Positions 1 to 11,799 are shown, counted from the first letter of the stretch. The stretch is 26,612 nucleotides of DNA from Paraspadella gotoi (GCA_051294375.1 CM119267.1:2429180-2455791), one strand, 5' to 3'. Made by a program: numbers and translations. The notes: generated by a model from the sequence alone, not told the origin.

Positions 1-697
1 GTCTCTTCCTCTGACTCTGGAATCGTACATAGATTCTCCAGAAACAGAAAATAATTAAATGAAATATCTAATAATTAAATATATAATATTTAATATATAA
101 TAATTAAATATCTAATAATTAAATGAAATATCTACGCGCATTAGCTCATTTCCGATTCGCTGAGCTCATCGTTGCAACAGCACAGGGGGTCATTTCAATT
201 GCGTCAAATTGCAAGTGGCCTTCCCTTATGATTAGGATTTTTATGATTGAACTGGGATCTCCAAATATTCTTTTACATTATTTACCAAGCTATTTATTTA
301 TTTACAACTACAAAAGTACCTTTTTTTAAATATATATTGAGTGGAAAACCTTGTTGACTCTTTCTTGAAGTGAAGAAATGAAAACCGCAGTTAACTGTCG
401 CCATTTCTCCGCCCGTCTCAGTCGCTTCTCAATCCTTCGCCACACACATGAATGAAGAAAATAAAACTCTGGTTAATGGTTTGAAGTTTTTGCTCCAAAG
501 AAATTTAGAGAGAGAGAGAGAGAGATGAGAGAGGGAGACAGAGAGAGAGAAAAGGAGGGAAGAAGAGAGAAATAAAAAGACGGGGGGGGGGGGAGAAAGA
601 AAAAAAAATGGCAGGATGATTATAAATCCCGGTCCATTTTAACTGGTAGACGTTTTACGAATTTCTTACGAATAAAAATCTTGGAGTCCACGTGTGG

Positions 698-747
698 TTT
701 TTAGTTGCGCCGCAATTACTCTTGGAGCAATTATATAAGTCACTTTT
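698..747 (+). mobile_element. Second, degenerate copy of the same 5' end
   Basis: tttttagttgcgccg...ggagcaa-tta-tataagtcactttt aligns with 23824-23873. Confidence 0.45.
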
Positions 748-2097
748 CCCCGCTTTTTGCGCATATGTTTCGTAGTTATATACTCATGTATCTTTGTAAT
801 ACTGGAGAGCAACCCTTTGAACTTACGGTTCTTTCTCTTTTTCTCAGAATCGCGTGAAAGAAGGATTTTCTTAACTTAAGGTTTTAATTGCGCGGAGTTT
901 ATTCACGGAGAAAATCCATAAGTCAATTTGTTTCCTGTTACTCAGTGTTAGTCTGTATTTCTGTTCTACTAAGGTTTAAATTGTTATGCATTACGTCTCT
1001 GTGAGCCTTCTCTATTAATACATTCTACGACATCTGGAAATTCTTAATAATTAAGATGTGATGTACAAATAGTTATTAAATGAGATTAGTAAAAATCAAT
1101 CAATCAATCGGTTAGTGATGAGAGAAATTATCGGCAGAAAATTATAAGATTGAATTAAAAAATATTTATAACTCATGTGGCTTTTGCTTTTTATACATTT
1201 TGTCAAATTGATATAAAAAAATTATAGTTGAAAATTGAGATTTGGCGAAGATGGTGGATATTATTATTATTATTATTTTATAACTAATATGCTAACACTA
1301 ATATCAATATTTAGTGAATGTTGTATTTCATTTTCCCAAAGCAGTCAGGTCCCTCTTAGTTTTCGCGACAAATTCGTTCGAAATTTTCAGAGTTGAAACC
1401 GGAACATTTTTGGAAGGCCATAATTTTTACGATTGTTGCAGCGAGGAACGACGGAGCGTCGCTGCCGGTTTTTTCCCCTCAAATTCTGTGGCACAAAAGT
1501 TTGACTCGTTAACTCTGCGAGGAAATAGTTAGTAGTAAATATTGGGCTTTAAATAGTGGCTAAGTTTATAAATAAAATAGATGCTTAAGTCTGTTTATGT
1601 TGGTCGAAGAAATTGTTTCTGTTGGTGCTCTCGGCCTTGACATCCGTAGCTCGACTGCAATTTGGGCCTTTGAATGACGCAACTGAGGTATTTCAATGCC
1701 GCAGCTGAGGTATTTTAATACCGCAGTTAAAGTCTCTCGATGCCCAAAGCAGACGATGCGGTCTTTTTTTTTCGGCCTCGAAATAGAGAGAATTTCTCTC
1801 ACGCGTTTTGATAATTAGCGACGCAATGAAAAAGACAAATTTGATGGTTTTTAATTGTATAAATTAAAGTTTAAAATTTAATCAAATAAATTTTAGGAGA
1901 TCATAGAAATTTTAAAAAATTTGATAACAACTTTATTTGGAAAAAATGAATTTGAAGTAGTTTGACAGAATACAAAATTGTTATATCAGCGGGATAGAAA
2001 GAGAAAAAAAGAGAGAAAGACAACGAAAAAGAGAGAAAGTAAGAAAGAAAAATAGAGAAAGAAAGAAAGCGAGAGAAAGAAAGAAAGAAAGCGAGAG

Positions 2098-2117
2098 AAA
2101 GAAAGAAAGAAAGCGAG

Positions 2118-2191
<74 letters not shown>
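2098..2191. repeat. (AAAG)n microsatellite
   Basis: Direct reading. Confidence 0.95.
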
Positions 2192-2439
2192 GGAGATTTA
2201 AAAAAAAGGGAGGTCAGAGAGGAAAGATTAAGGAGGAGTGGGAGGGAGAGAGAGAGGGAGATGGAAAAAATGCAGGAAATAGAAGAAGATGTTCTGTTGT
2301 TCGCTTGTTCCGTCAGGTGGAGTAAAGTGAAGCAGGAAAACAAAAGAACCGTTGTTTCTTCTAAATTGAGAAACTCAACTTTTTCTCTCGCGATCATAAA
2401 AAACAACGACGAAAACAAAGGTAAAGTACAAAAGCGCAA

Positions 2440-2777
2440 AAATGGCGCCAAGTCAGAAATTGGGCCAAGTCATGGCCAAGTTAAGGCCCAGCGTCAGTAA
2501 TGGCACAGAGCCAAGTCGGAGCTGGCGCAGCGTCAAAAATCAAGCCAAGTTAGAAATGGGGTCAAGTGATGACAGAGTAATGACCCAGCGTCAGTCGGAG
2601 CTGGCCCAATGTCAAAAATTAAGCCAAGTCAGAAATGGCACCAAGTTAGGAATGGCCCAGCGTCAGCAATGGCCCAGCGTCAGCAATAGCTCAGCGTCAA
2701 AAATGACTCATTGACAGAAATGGTGCTAAGTCAAAACTGGCCCAGCATCGGGGATTGCGCCAAGCTAGAAATGGCTA
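2440..2777 (+). repeat. Degenerate ~18-bp minisatellite
   Basis: Recurrent aatggcccagcgtcag / aatggcgccaagtcag units. Confidence 0.75.
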
Positions 2778-3817
2778 CCGGCTTCCGGTACAGCTGCTGT
2801 TGATCTTGCTGCTGCTACCGATGCAGCGTCAGTTGTTTCTGCTGCTGCTGCTGTTTTTGTCGCTGCTCATAAGTCGTCGACGGTAAAATCGTCTTCATTC
2901 AAAAAGAAAAAAAAAGGTGAAGCGCAAAATTAATTAAAGATTAAGACGACGACGACGACGACGACTACAGCGACGACTACAGCGACGACGACGACGACAA
3001 AGAATAAGACAAACGACAAACAAAACAACGACTTCCCCATTTATTCGGCACAAACAACTTTCGTCGCCTGGAAGTTCTCACCCTAATCTCAAACGAGCAT
3101 CACCTTTTTTTTCCGAGGCAATCGTTTCGATGGCACAACAGCCTTTTTACCCCAATCGTAAGCCCAAACCTCAACCCATTCGCTCAACCCTTAAACCAAG
3201 AGTCTCTCCAGTCTTGACCCCAATCACTTCATTACCCGAAAAGTCACCCAGATTAAAACCAATCACATACAAACGGGAATCTTAATCAACAAATCTTTAA
3301 GACGACGTTTTCTCTTCAAAATCACTTTACATCCGAATTACCTACTTTTCACTTCTTCACTGTCCAACCCTCTTCACCCCTACTCCACCACGCCTCCTCC
3401 CCGCCTTCCCTACGCCTCCACCACGCCTCCACCCTGCTTCCACTCCGCCTCCACCCACTAACCCTATCCTAACTCTACGAGTGGAAGAAAAAAACACGAA
3501 TGGAAGTAGAAATAAAGATTCTATCCTTTTTCTCACTTTCTTTACCTTTTTTCTTTCGTTTATATATTTTATTATGCTTTTTTTTTCTTTTTATATTAAT
3601 TGTAAATTCAAGTTGAGATAATTAAATAGTTATTTGATTAATTGATTATATCATTAATTAATTAGGAAAGAGAGAAAAGGTAAGATCAGAATAAGAGCTA
3701 TCAAACATAAAGTGAGAGAATAAGCAAAACAGAAGATGATGGAAGCAATGACATTAAATTAACTAATTAATTAATTAAACAAATAAATAATTAATTAAAT
3801 ATTCAGCTGCTCATACG

Positions 3818-3863
3818 CTAATGATTGTGGGCAGATCCGGCATTGTTTGCCTCAAGCTTGTTT
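3818..3863 (+). repeat. Dispersed repeat A, copy 1 (hairpin plus CTTGTT; possible element 3' end)
   Basis: ctaatgattgtgggcagatccggcattgtttgcctcaagcttg aligns with 12091-12136. Both copies follow TAAT-rich tracts. Confidence 0.6.
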
Positions 3864-4584
3864 CCATTTTATTTTTCGTTCTCATTAATATCTCACCTCC
3901 TTCGATTTCACAAACCACAGTGAATTTTGAAGCTTCAGAGACAAAACGTCCTCTCTGTCTCTCTCTCTCTCTCTCCCTCTCTCCTCCTCTCTCTCTCTCT
4001 CTCTCTCTCTCCTCTCTCTCTCCTCTCTCTCACACCCTTACCGCTTTCCTTCCTTATCTCCTCAAAATCGTCAATCGTAAATTCTAGACTAAAAAAGGAA
4101 AATTTTGCAAAATTGTAAAAAAAAAAAATAAACAGAAAAAAAATATTTAAAAAGAAGAAAAACATAAAAAAAAACGAAAAGATGAGAGAGAAAAAAAAAA
4201 GAATTTTTGCTTCGTCCATGAAAATTTTTTGTTTCTCAAGAATCTTGGGTTCGAGAGATGGAACTAAGTGAGACAGAAATGGGTTCAATTCTCAACAAAA
4301 CAACAACAAAATAATACAAAAGCAATAAAAACAACAATAAAAGCAAAAATAGCAGAGCTACCAGCAATCAGTCATTGAGTGGTACTGCTATTGTGTTCAA
4401 TACTTTGATTAAAAAAATAAACGAAAAAAAACAGAACGAAACAAGGAAACAAAATAAAAAAAGAGGAAAAAAAGGAAAGGAATTTAAGAAAAGGAAAACA
4501 TTTAGATTCGACCCACGAATGCAGAAGGTAAATTTTCCTAGTTTAGATGGAAACACCTGATTTGCTATCTGATAAATAACAATC

Positions 4585-4728
<144 letters not shown>

Positions 4729-4959
4729 GTTTTTATCCCAACTCGAAATCACAAAAATTCAATTGATTGGAATCTAAAATGATTAAAAAAAACAAAAAAA
4801 GAAAAAAAAACGCGCATGAATTTAATTAAATAATTTAAAACATTTCTTGTGTATTTCGTACAGAAAAGAGAAAAGAAAAGAAAAGAAAAGAAGAAAAGAA
4901 AAGAAAGAGAAAAGAAAGAAAGAAAAAGAAAGAAGAAAGAAAAAGAAGAAAGAAAAGAA

Positions 4960-5000
<41 letters not shown>

Positions 5001-5328
5001 AAAGAAAGACAGTCTCGTCTACGAATAGACGGTCGAATAAAAATGCACGCGATACGAAAAAAAAGAAAAGTAGGAGATAAATAGAGAAAAAGATAAAAGA
5101 AAAGAAAATAAGAAAGAAAGAGAAAGAATCTAAGTAGTACGTTGGAAGATATGATGAAGCTCGGGGGGGGGGAGGTGAGGGGAACGAGTGGAGGCGGGGG
5201 GAGGGGCAGACGGTCGTCAAGAGGGAGGGGCAGTGGGGGTTGAGAGCCTGAGAGCCTGAGAGTCCACGACCGAGACAGAGAGGTAATCTTTTTTTCTTCT
5301 TTTTTTTAACTTCTTTTTATTTCATCTC

Positions 5329-5427
<99 letters not shown>

Positions 5428-6075
5428 CACTTCGGTCGTCCTCTTTTGAGATTTTCCTTTCCTTTCATTTCGTATTTGCTACTGAGTCTCGCAACTGCAA
5501 CAACAAGACGGCAATAAAACGCAAACAAGAAAAAATGGCGGTGCAGCCCCGATTACGAGATAGAGAGAGAAGGAGAGAGAGGGAAGAGAGAGAGAGATAA
5601 ATAGATTCCAGCAAATGTATGCGAGCAAAAAAAAAAAAAACATTTCTGATGGAAATTCTTCTTTTGAAAAAGAAAATGACAATAAAAGAAAGCGACGGTC
5701 GTTGAAAGGTGAGTAAAATGCGGTTGCACGAAGGTAAGTGCAAAGTATCGAGTCATGAGTTCATTGTAAGAAGCTGAAGGGAAAAAAATATTAAAAAGAA
5801 TTTAAAAAAAAAAGGGGAAAAAAAGAGAAAATGAAAAAACGGGAAGAGAAAGGAGATGATATAAGGAAAGTGAAGGAGAAAGAGGAGGAGGAAGAGAAAG
5901 AAGGGGAGGAAAGAAGAGGAAATGAAGGAAGAAAAGAAAGCGAAGAAGGAAGAGGAAGTGAGGAAGGAAAGAAGAAAAGGAGTGATCGAGAAAGTGTCCA
6001 GACGGTGAGTTCGACCCGAAATGACCCTTTCCAGTTTCGAGGTGACTTTAATTCTGAGGACGACAGGGAGAAAGG

Positions 6076-6115
<40 letters not shown>

Positions 6116-6268
6116 GAGAATGGAAGGAGGAGACGAGAGAGAGAACGAGAGAGAGAGAGAGAGAGAGAGAGACTCGTAAGCCTAGGAGGCCAAGGAGGAA
6201 ATTCGCAAGGAAATTTGAGAATTTTAAATAAGACTGCTTTTACATTATTATTAATATTATTTTCATTA

Positions 6269-6270
<2 letters not shown>

Positions 6271-6351
<81 letters not shown>
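6271..6351. repeat. (TTA)n microsatellite
   Basis: Direct reading. Confidence 0.95.
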
Positions 6352-6353
<2 letters not shown>

Positions 6354-6685
6354 ATAATTTTAAAAAGTTAAATAATGAAAAAAATGGCGAAATGAATAAA
6401 GAAAAAAAGAAAGAATAAAAAAAGAAAGAAAGAAAAAAGAAAGGAAGAAAAAGAGAATGAAGGAAAGAAATAAAGAAAGAGAGAATGAAAGAAAGAAAGA
6501 AAAAAATAAAGAAATAAAGAGTTATGACACTCATAATTATTGCCAATGTCCGTTTTATGGTTTTTTTTCCCTTGTAATTAAAAACTAAATTAAAAAAAAA
6601 AATAATGCAATTCAAAATTCGAGTTTCGGACTATAATTTTAATGTTGCTATTATCCTAACAATTTTCATTGGACAACAAAATATT

Positions 6686-6691
6686 TTTATT
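6686..6691 (-). promoter_or_regulatory. Putative polyadenylation signal AATAAA
   Basis: tttatt on the + strand, about 90 nt downstream of the TGA at 6781. The hexamer is common in AT-rich DNA. Confidence 0.4.
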
Positions 6692-6737
6692 GTCAGACTT
6701 TTCGGCTCATCAAAAAATTCGAATACAATCAATCACC

Positions 6738-6801
6738 CTCTTCCACCAATCAAATCCCGCCAATCAGACTCTTCCACCAATCAAATCCCGCCAATGAGAC
6801 T
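6738..6801. repeat. 31-bp tandem duplication spanning the stop codon
   Basis: ctcttccaccaatcaaatcccgccaatSaga twice. Confidence 0.85.
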
Positions 6802-6915
6802 AGAGTGAACCCAGGCGGCGACGAGACCGAAGCCGACGACAATTGGAGCCAAAGATCTAAAGGAGAAAGAAACGACGCCAACTTTAGCAGAAGGAATTCC
6901 ATCGCCGGCGCCCAA
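6781..6915 (-). CDS. Terminal coding exon of an uncharacterised gene: LGAGDGIPSAKVGVVSFSFRSLAPIVVGFGLVAAWVHSSLIGGI*
   Basis: Strong acceptor (cattttgtttcag|TTG). 45 open codons to TGA at 6783-6781, phase 0, matching the upstream exon. GC-rich island, hydrophobic C-terminus, downstream AATAAA. Absent from the ORF track because it is short. Confidence 0.7.
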   Translation of the reverse strand: MGAGDGIPSAKVGVVSFSFRSLAPIVVGFGLVAAWVHSSLIGGI

Positions 6916-7062
6916 CTGAAACAAAATGTGTTTGTTTATAAATGGAGAAAGAAATTAAATAGTACAGGAAGGTCCAGCTCTTTTTTGGAACTAAATTTTT
7001 TAAAAAATGTAACTTTACTTTACCTAACTTAACTAGTAACTACACGGGGGATGTATCTTATT

Positions 7063-7115
7063 GGGAATGAACTCGGTACTTAATGGTTGCGAGTTGATGG
7101 CTTTACTCAATGCGC
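7063..7115 (-). mobile_element. tRNA-like head of the same SINE family, inside the last intron
   Basis: Identical 17-mer ttgatggctttactcaa at 7094-7110 and 24315-24331; gggaatgaactcggtactt versus gggattgaacccggtactt. Confidence 0.7.
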
Positions 7116-7128
7116 GGGGTAAACGAAC

Positions 7129-7319
7129 CCTGGCCCGCCATAAATATGATTTTCTCTCCAACTCTCGCACCAAATCGTTGGCAGAAATCTCCTCCGCTGC
7201 CGCCGCCGCCGCCGCCGCATTCGCAGCAGCAGGTAATGCCATGCGTTTCTGCGGATTCCACTGCAGCATTCTGGCGCAGCTGCCGCCGCTTGACTCGTCC
7301 AAAATGACATCTTCCTCTT
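7129..7319 (-). CDS. Internal coding exon: (E)EEDVILDESSGGSCARMLQWNPQKRMALPAAANAAAAAAAAEEISANDLVRELERKSYLWRAR
   Basis: Acceptor ttcgtttccttag|AA (phase 1), donor AGG|gttcgt (phase 0). Lies in ORF 7033..7374(-). The ORF portion beyond the donor is SINE-derived, which supports this exon end. Confidence 0.75.
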
Positions 7320-7440
7320 CTAAGGAAACGAAGATCAATTTTCTTTTTTCTTTTTTTAAATATTTTTTACACAACGCTAGATTAATTAATTCATTTACGT
7401 ATTATATTTATTAATCAAATTCATTAAAGCCCAAGTCAAC

Positions 7441-7507
7441 TTCCTCCTTTTTCCTCACCCTTCCTCCTTTTTCCTCACCCTTCCTCCATTTTCCTCACCC
7501 TTCCTCC
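7441..7507. repeat. 20-bp tandem repeat (about 3 copies) containing the exon donor
   Basis: ttcctccWttttcctcaccc repeated. Confidence 0.85.
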
Positions 7508-7640
7508 AAGAGGCAAGAAGGAAAGGTCCTCTTATCTCCTCTACGACGAATTCGTCCCGACCGTCGCTCCTCCACGGCGATTGACACTCGGCGTCCCTAC
7601 GCGGCGAATTCGCCGTAGCCTCTTCTTCGCTCATTTTCGC
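7499..7640 (-). CDS. Coding exon: AKMSEEEATANSPRRDAECQSPWRSDGRDEFVVEEIRGPFLLASWRK
   Basis: In ORF 7455..7667(-). Acceptor cctgaag|GCG is weak; donor AAGG|gtgagg. 142 nt ending in phase 1, joining the next exon in frame (G+AA = Glu). Confidence 0.7.
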
Positions 7641-7657
7641 CTTCAGGATTCGATTTG

Positions 7658-7711
<54 letters not shown>

Positions 7712-7807
7712 AATTCACTCATTAAATTAATCAATCAATCAATCATTCATTCATTCATTCATTCATTCATTCATTCATTCATTCATTCATTCATTCATTC
7801 ATTCATT

Positions 7808-7842
<35 letters not shown>

Positions 7843-8063
7843 AAAGTCAATCAATCAATAAATCATCATTCAAATAAAATAAAATAAAATAAAATAAAAT
7901 AATCAATCATTCAATCAATCATAAAATCAATCATAAAATCAATCATTCATTCATTCAATCAATCAATCAATCAATCATAAATCAATCAAAAATCAACCTC
8001 AATCAATCAATTTCCATATCATTTCATATCATTTATTCTATCAATCAATCCAATCAATCCAAT
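7658..8063. repeat. Compound (AATC)n/(ATTC)n/(AAAAT)n microsatellite, intronic
   Basis: Direct reading. Confidence 0.95.
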
Positions 8064-8184
8064 CACTTACGTTAAATTTTTGATCTCAAAATTGTTGTTA
8101 CTAAATCTTTTTTCCTGATGCGATTTGTTTTGTGGGAAAAAAATATTTTAGGTACGTTAAATAACTAGACTTCGCTTTTTAGGG

Positions 8185-8243
<59 letters not shown>

Positions 8244-8251
8244 GAAGAGAG

Positions 8252-8792
8252 NNNNNNNNNNNNNNNNNNNNNNNNNNNNNNNNNNNNNNNNNNNNNNNNN
8301 NNNNNNNNNNNNNNNNNNNNNNNNNNNNNNNNNNNNNNNNNNNNNNNNNNNNNNNNNNNNNNNNNNNNNNNNNNNNNNNNNNNNNNNNNNNNNNNNNNNN
8401 NNNNNNNNNNNNNNNNNNNNNNNNNNNNNNNNNNNNNNNNNNNNNNNNNNNNNNNNNNNNNNNNNNNNNNNNNNNNNNNNNNNNNNNNNNNNNNNNNNNN
8501 NNNNNNNNNNNNNNNNNNNNNNNNNNNNNNNNNNNNNNNNNNNNNNNNNNNNNNNNNNNNNNNNNNNNNNNNNNNNNNNNNNNNNNNNNNNNNNNNNNNN
8601 NNNNNNNNNNNNNNNNNNNNNNNNNNNNNNNNNNNNNNNNNNNNNNNNNNNNNNNNNNNNNNNNNNNNNNNNNNNNNNNNNNNNNNNNNNNNNNNNNNNN
8701 NNNNNNNNNNNNNNNNNNNNNNNNNNNNNNNNNNNNNNNNNNNNNNNNNNNNNNNNNNNNNNNNNNNNNNNNNNNNNNNNNNNNNNNNNNNN
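8252..8792. other. Assembly gap
   Basis: N run. Other gaps at 24641-24801, 25418-25647 and 25792-25996. Confidence 1.
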
Positions 8793-8887
8793 ATATTTTT
8801 TCAGGACTCAATAAAGAAATATCCTTTTCGTCATGGAATCCGGTGTTACAGTTGAAAACCCATAAACCAAAAAAAATATCTTTTCTT
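8793..8887 (-). CDS. Candidate upstream exon truncated by an assembly gap: RKDIFFGLWVFNCNTGFHDEKDISLLSPEKI...
   Basis: Strong polypyrimidine acceptor (tttccctcttttttcttgttcacttcag). One frame stays open into the N gap; no donor is visible. Confidence 0.35.
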
Positions 8888-10333
8888 CTGAAGTGAACAA
8901 GAAAAAAGAGGGAAATCTTTCTCCCTTCTTACCTTTTCTCCATTTTTCACTCTCTCTCTCTCTTCACTCCTTCTCGTCTCTGTCCTCTCACTTTATCTCT
9001 TTTTCTGCTTCCCTCCTTCCATTCTTCATTCAGTTTCTGTTAATTTGAATTCCGAAAAAAATCTTCTTCTTTTCTTTTGTCCTTTTTCTCCTTTTTCCTT
9101 CCTCTCTTTCCTTCCTTCCTTTCCTTCATCCCACTCTTCCCTCTCTTCCTCCTTTCTCCTTTTTCCTTTCTCCCTTTCTCCTTCCCATCTCCCCCTTCCT
9201 TCCACCCTCCCCCTACCCCCTCCTCCTCCCCCTTCCTCCTCCCCCTTCCTCCCTCTCCCCTTCCACCCTCCCCTATCCCCTTTCCTCCCTCCCCTTCTAC
9301 TTTCTTTTCTTTCCCTGCCCTACTCCTCTCTCTTCCCCCTTCCTCCCTCCACACTTGACATGGTGACATGGTGACCTGGCACGGCATCGTGATTTCAAGA
9401 ATGACAACCTACTTTTTCTTATCAAGCTGAAAAAAAAATCAGAATCAATCTCGCATATCTAACATGACATGACATGACATCGGTCATGCTCCAAAGTTTG
9501 AAGGTAAACTTCGATTTTTTTTATTAAACTTAAACAATTTGAATCTTTTTATGTTTACATCCAACACGAATCTCCAATCTTTAATTTTCAGTGAATCTCG
9601 CTCGACCATAAGCAAATTCAGACCATTTGATTATTTTATCACCACAAACTTGACATTTCAGGTCTGTTTTTACAGTGAAATCTACAATGACGCTTCACTG
9701 ACGACGGCGACGAAGACCATGACGACGACGATGACAGCGACGATGACGGCGACGACGACGACGACGACGAAGAAGAAGAAGACGACAACGACAACGACAA
9801 CGACAACGATGACCTTCATCGTTAAAAAAAGAAAAAAAAGTTGAGAATTTCTTTCGAATGTTTTGAGTTTGTTGATTTGGTTTCCCTGGAGATGGAATCG
9901 GGATCATTTTTGTCGATTTGTGACTCAAAATCCGATACTTTCCCCGCACAAAACTAGTACACTGCGCATGAGCATAAAGAGAGAGAGAGAGAGAAAAACT
10001 AAATATCTCTAGCTCTATTTTATTCAACCCGTAAATAGAAAGTTGAATTAACTGCAATCAAGAAGCGATAGTTGCACAGTGGTTCGAAGTCTGCGACGGA
10101 CGATCCTCCCATTAAATTCACTGTGAGACTGGGATAAATAATTGAGTTCTTCAATCTTTCTCGTTAACCTCAATACTTTCAACATCAAAAACATCAACTA
10201 TATCAAATACGTCAACTACATCAACTATGGTGAATACATCAGCAACAAAAACAATTGAATGTAAAGACAAAAATCACAACTTTTACTTTCGCTTAGCGCG
10301 TTAAGGAGGTTTTGGAGTTCTTACGTGACAAGT

Positions 10334-10429
<96 letters not shown>

Positions 10430-10579
10430 TCGCGCGAGGAAATCTCGATTATTCACGTTTTCGTATTCACTTATCAAAGGGACCCCCTCTCTTTCTTTCT
10501 TTCTTTTTTATAATAATATTTTTCTCACATTTTATTTCTCTTCTATAAATCAAATTTATTCCGTTTCGAGTCTACAAAC

Positions 10580-10672
10580 CGAAGCAGCACCGCAGCACCG
10601 CCGCAGCGCCGCAGCATGGAACCGCCGCGCCGAGGAGCCGCAGCACCGCCGAGCCGAACCGCAGCGCCGCAT
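10580..10672. repeat. GC-rich degenerate ccgcagc repeat
   Basis: Repeated ccgcagcac / ccgcagcgc units. Confidence 0.7.
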
Positions 10673-10856
10673 TTTCCGAACCCGGCGGCCGGGAGAAGAA
10701 TGACAAGAAAAATGAAGCCGAACGGATGTAGATTAAAAAATAATGTGAAGGAATAAAAAAATTAATCGCTTTTCGCTTTTTTTTTTACCCTTTCTAATCC
10801 AGTCATCGCTCACATCGGGAGAACAATCCCTCTGTGTGATTCGTGTCTGTTGTAAA

Positions 10857-11045
10857 AATTCGATCACTGTGCTCGATTATGATCGGCGTCAAACATCGAT
10901 CACTGTGCTCGGTTTTGATTCCAGTAAAACATTGTAAAATTGATCACTGTGCTCGATCCCGATCTTATATCTTATACGCGATACACAATTACACATTGAT
11001 CACTGTGTTTGAGATACCTTTTCATTAAACATCGACCACTGTGCT
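10857..11045. repeat. Five spaced copies of a YGATCACTGTGCT core
   Basis: cactgtg at 10865, 10901, 10945, 11001 and 11037. Confidence 0.8.
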
Positions 11046-11799
11046 ATTGTCATATCCGTTTTATTGTAGTATTAACGTCAGTTTCGTTTCAAATGGTCGA
11101 TTAATATATTTGGTACTTTTTTAACAAAATTAATGCTTTGACTGACAATATGGTTAAATTAAATAAAAAAGCAGCCTCGATTTGCTTGACTCTGATCGAT
11201 GCCCCATCCAGAAAATGAGAGACTCAGCTCCTTTCATATCATCCTGAATCTGAAGCTTTTCCCCAGTCGCTACGAAGTTCACTGTGCCGAACAGCTTCGG
11301 ATTAGCCGCTTGCGTGAAGCGTCTAACACTGTGGGCTTCATTTATCAGCCTCATGTTCACGGGTTTTGGAGGGAAGAGGGGGGAGTGAAATGGGGGGGGA
11401 GGGGGAGATGAAGTGGGGAAGAGTGAGCGAAGAATCGATGGAGAGAAAAGTGGAAATGAGGTCACAAAAGATATAATGTGACTGACAAAGGATTACAAGG
11501 AATTACAATGAAATGACAAGGAAGAAACTGACTTTGGGGCTTTAGACAATTACAAAGGATGGGATCATGGGCAGACCATTGAATATAAGAGAAGAGAAGA
11601 GAAGAGAAAGAAAAAATGAAAGGAGATATTTCGCGGGCCATATCCTTGCAGTTTAAACTGTTAAACTTCGCGCCAGTTTCGGGGAAGAGAACTATAAGTT
11701 CACCGCAACTACGCCTGCGGCGGCCTTCGCCGGGGATATCATTCCAGCAAATCCCCGCCCCAATTCTTGACGGGACAAGACAATGGCCACTTATCTATC

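Noticed and set aside
2442-2714. 90-aa ORF
   Set aside because: It coincides with an 18-bp-period minisatellite.
5700-6012. Strong plus-strand donors (aag|gtgagt, aag|gtaagt, acg|gtgagt)
   Set aside because: No convincing acceptor or coding frame lies upstream, so no gene model can be built.
7033-7374. Whole ORF as a single terminal exon, or a kinase subdomain XI (RMLQWNPQKR)
   Set aside because: The 5' part is intronic, the 3' part is SINE-derived, and no other kinase motifs are present.
10857-11045. CRISPR-like repeat-spacer pattern
   Set aside because: The core is only about 13 bp and degenerate, spacing is irregular, spacers are partly related, there are no cas genes and the context is eukaryotic.
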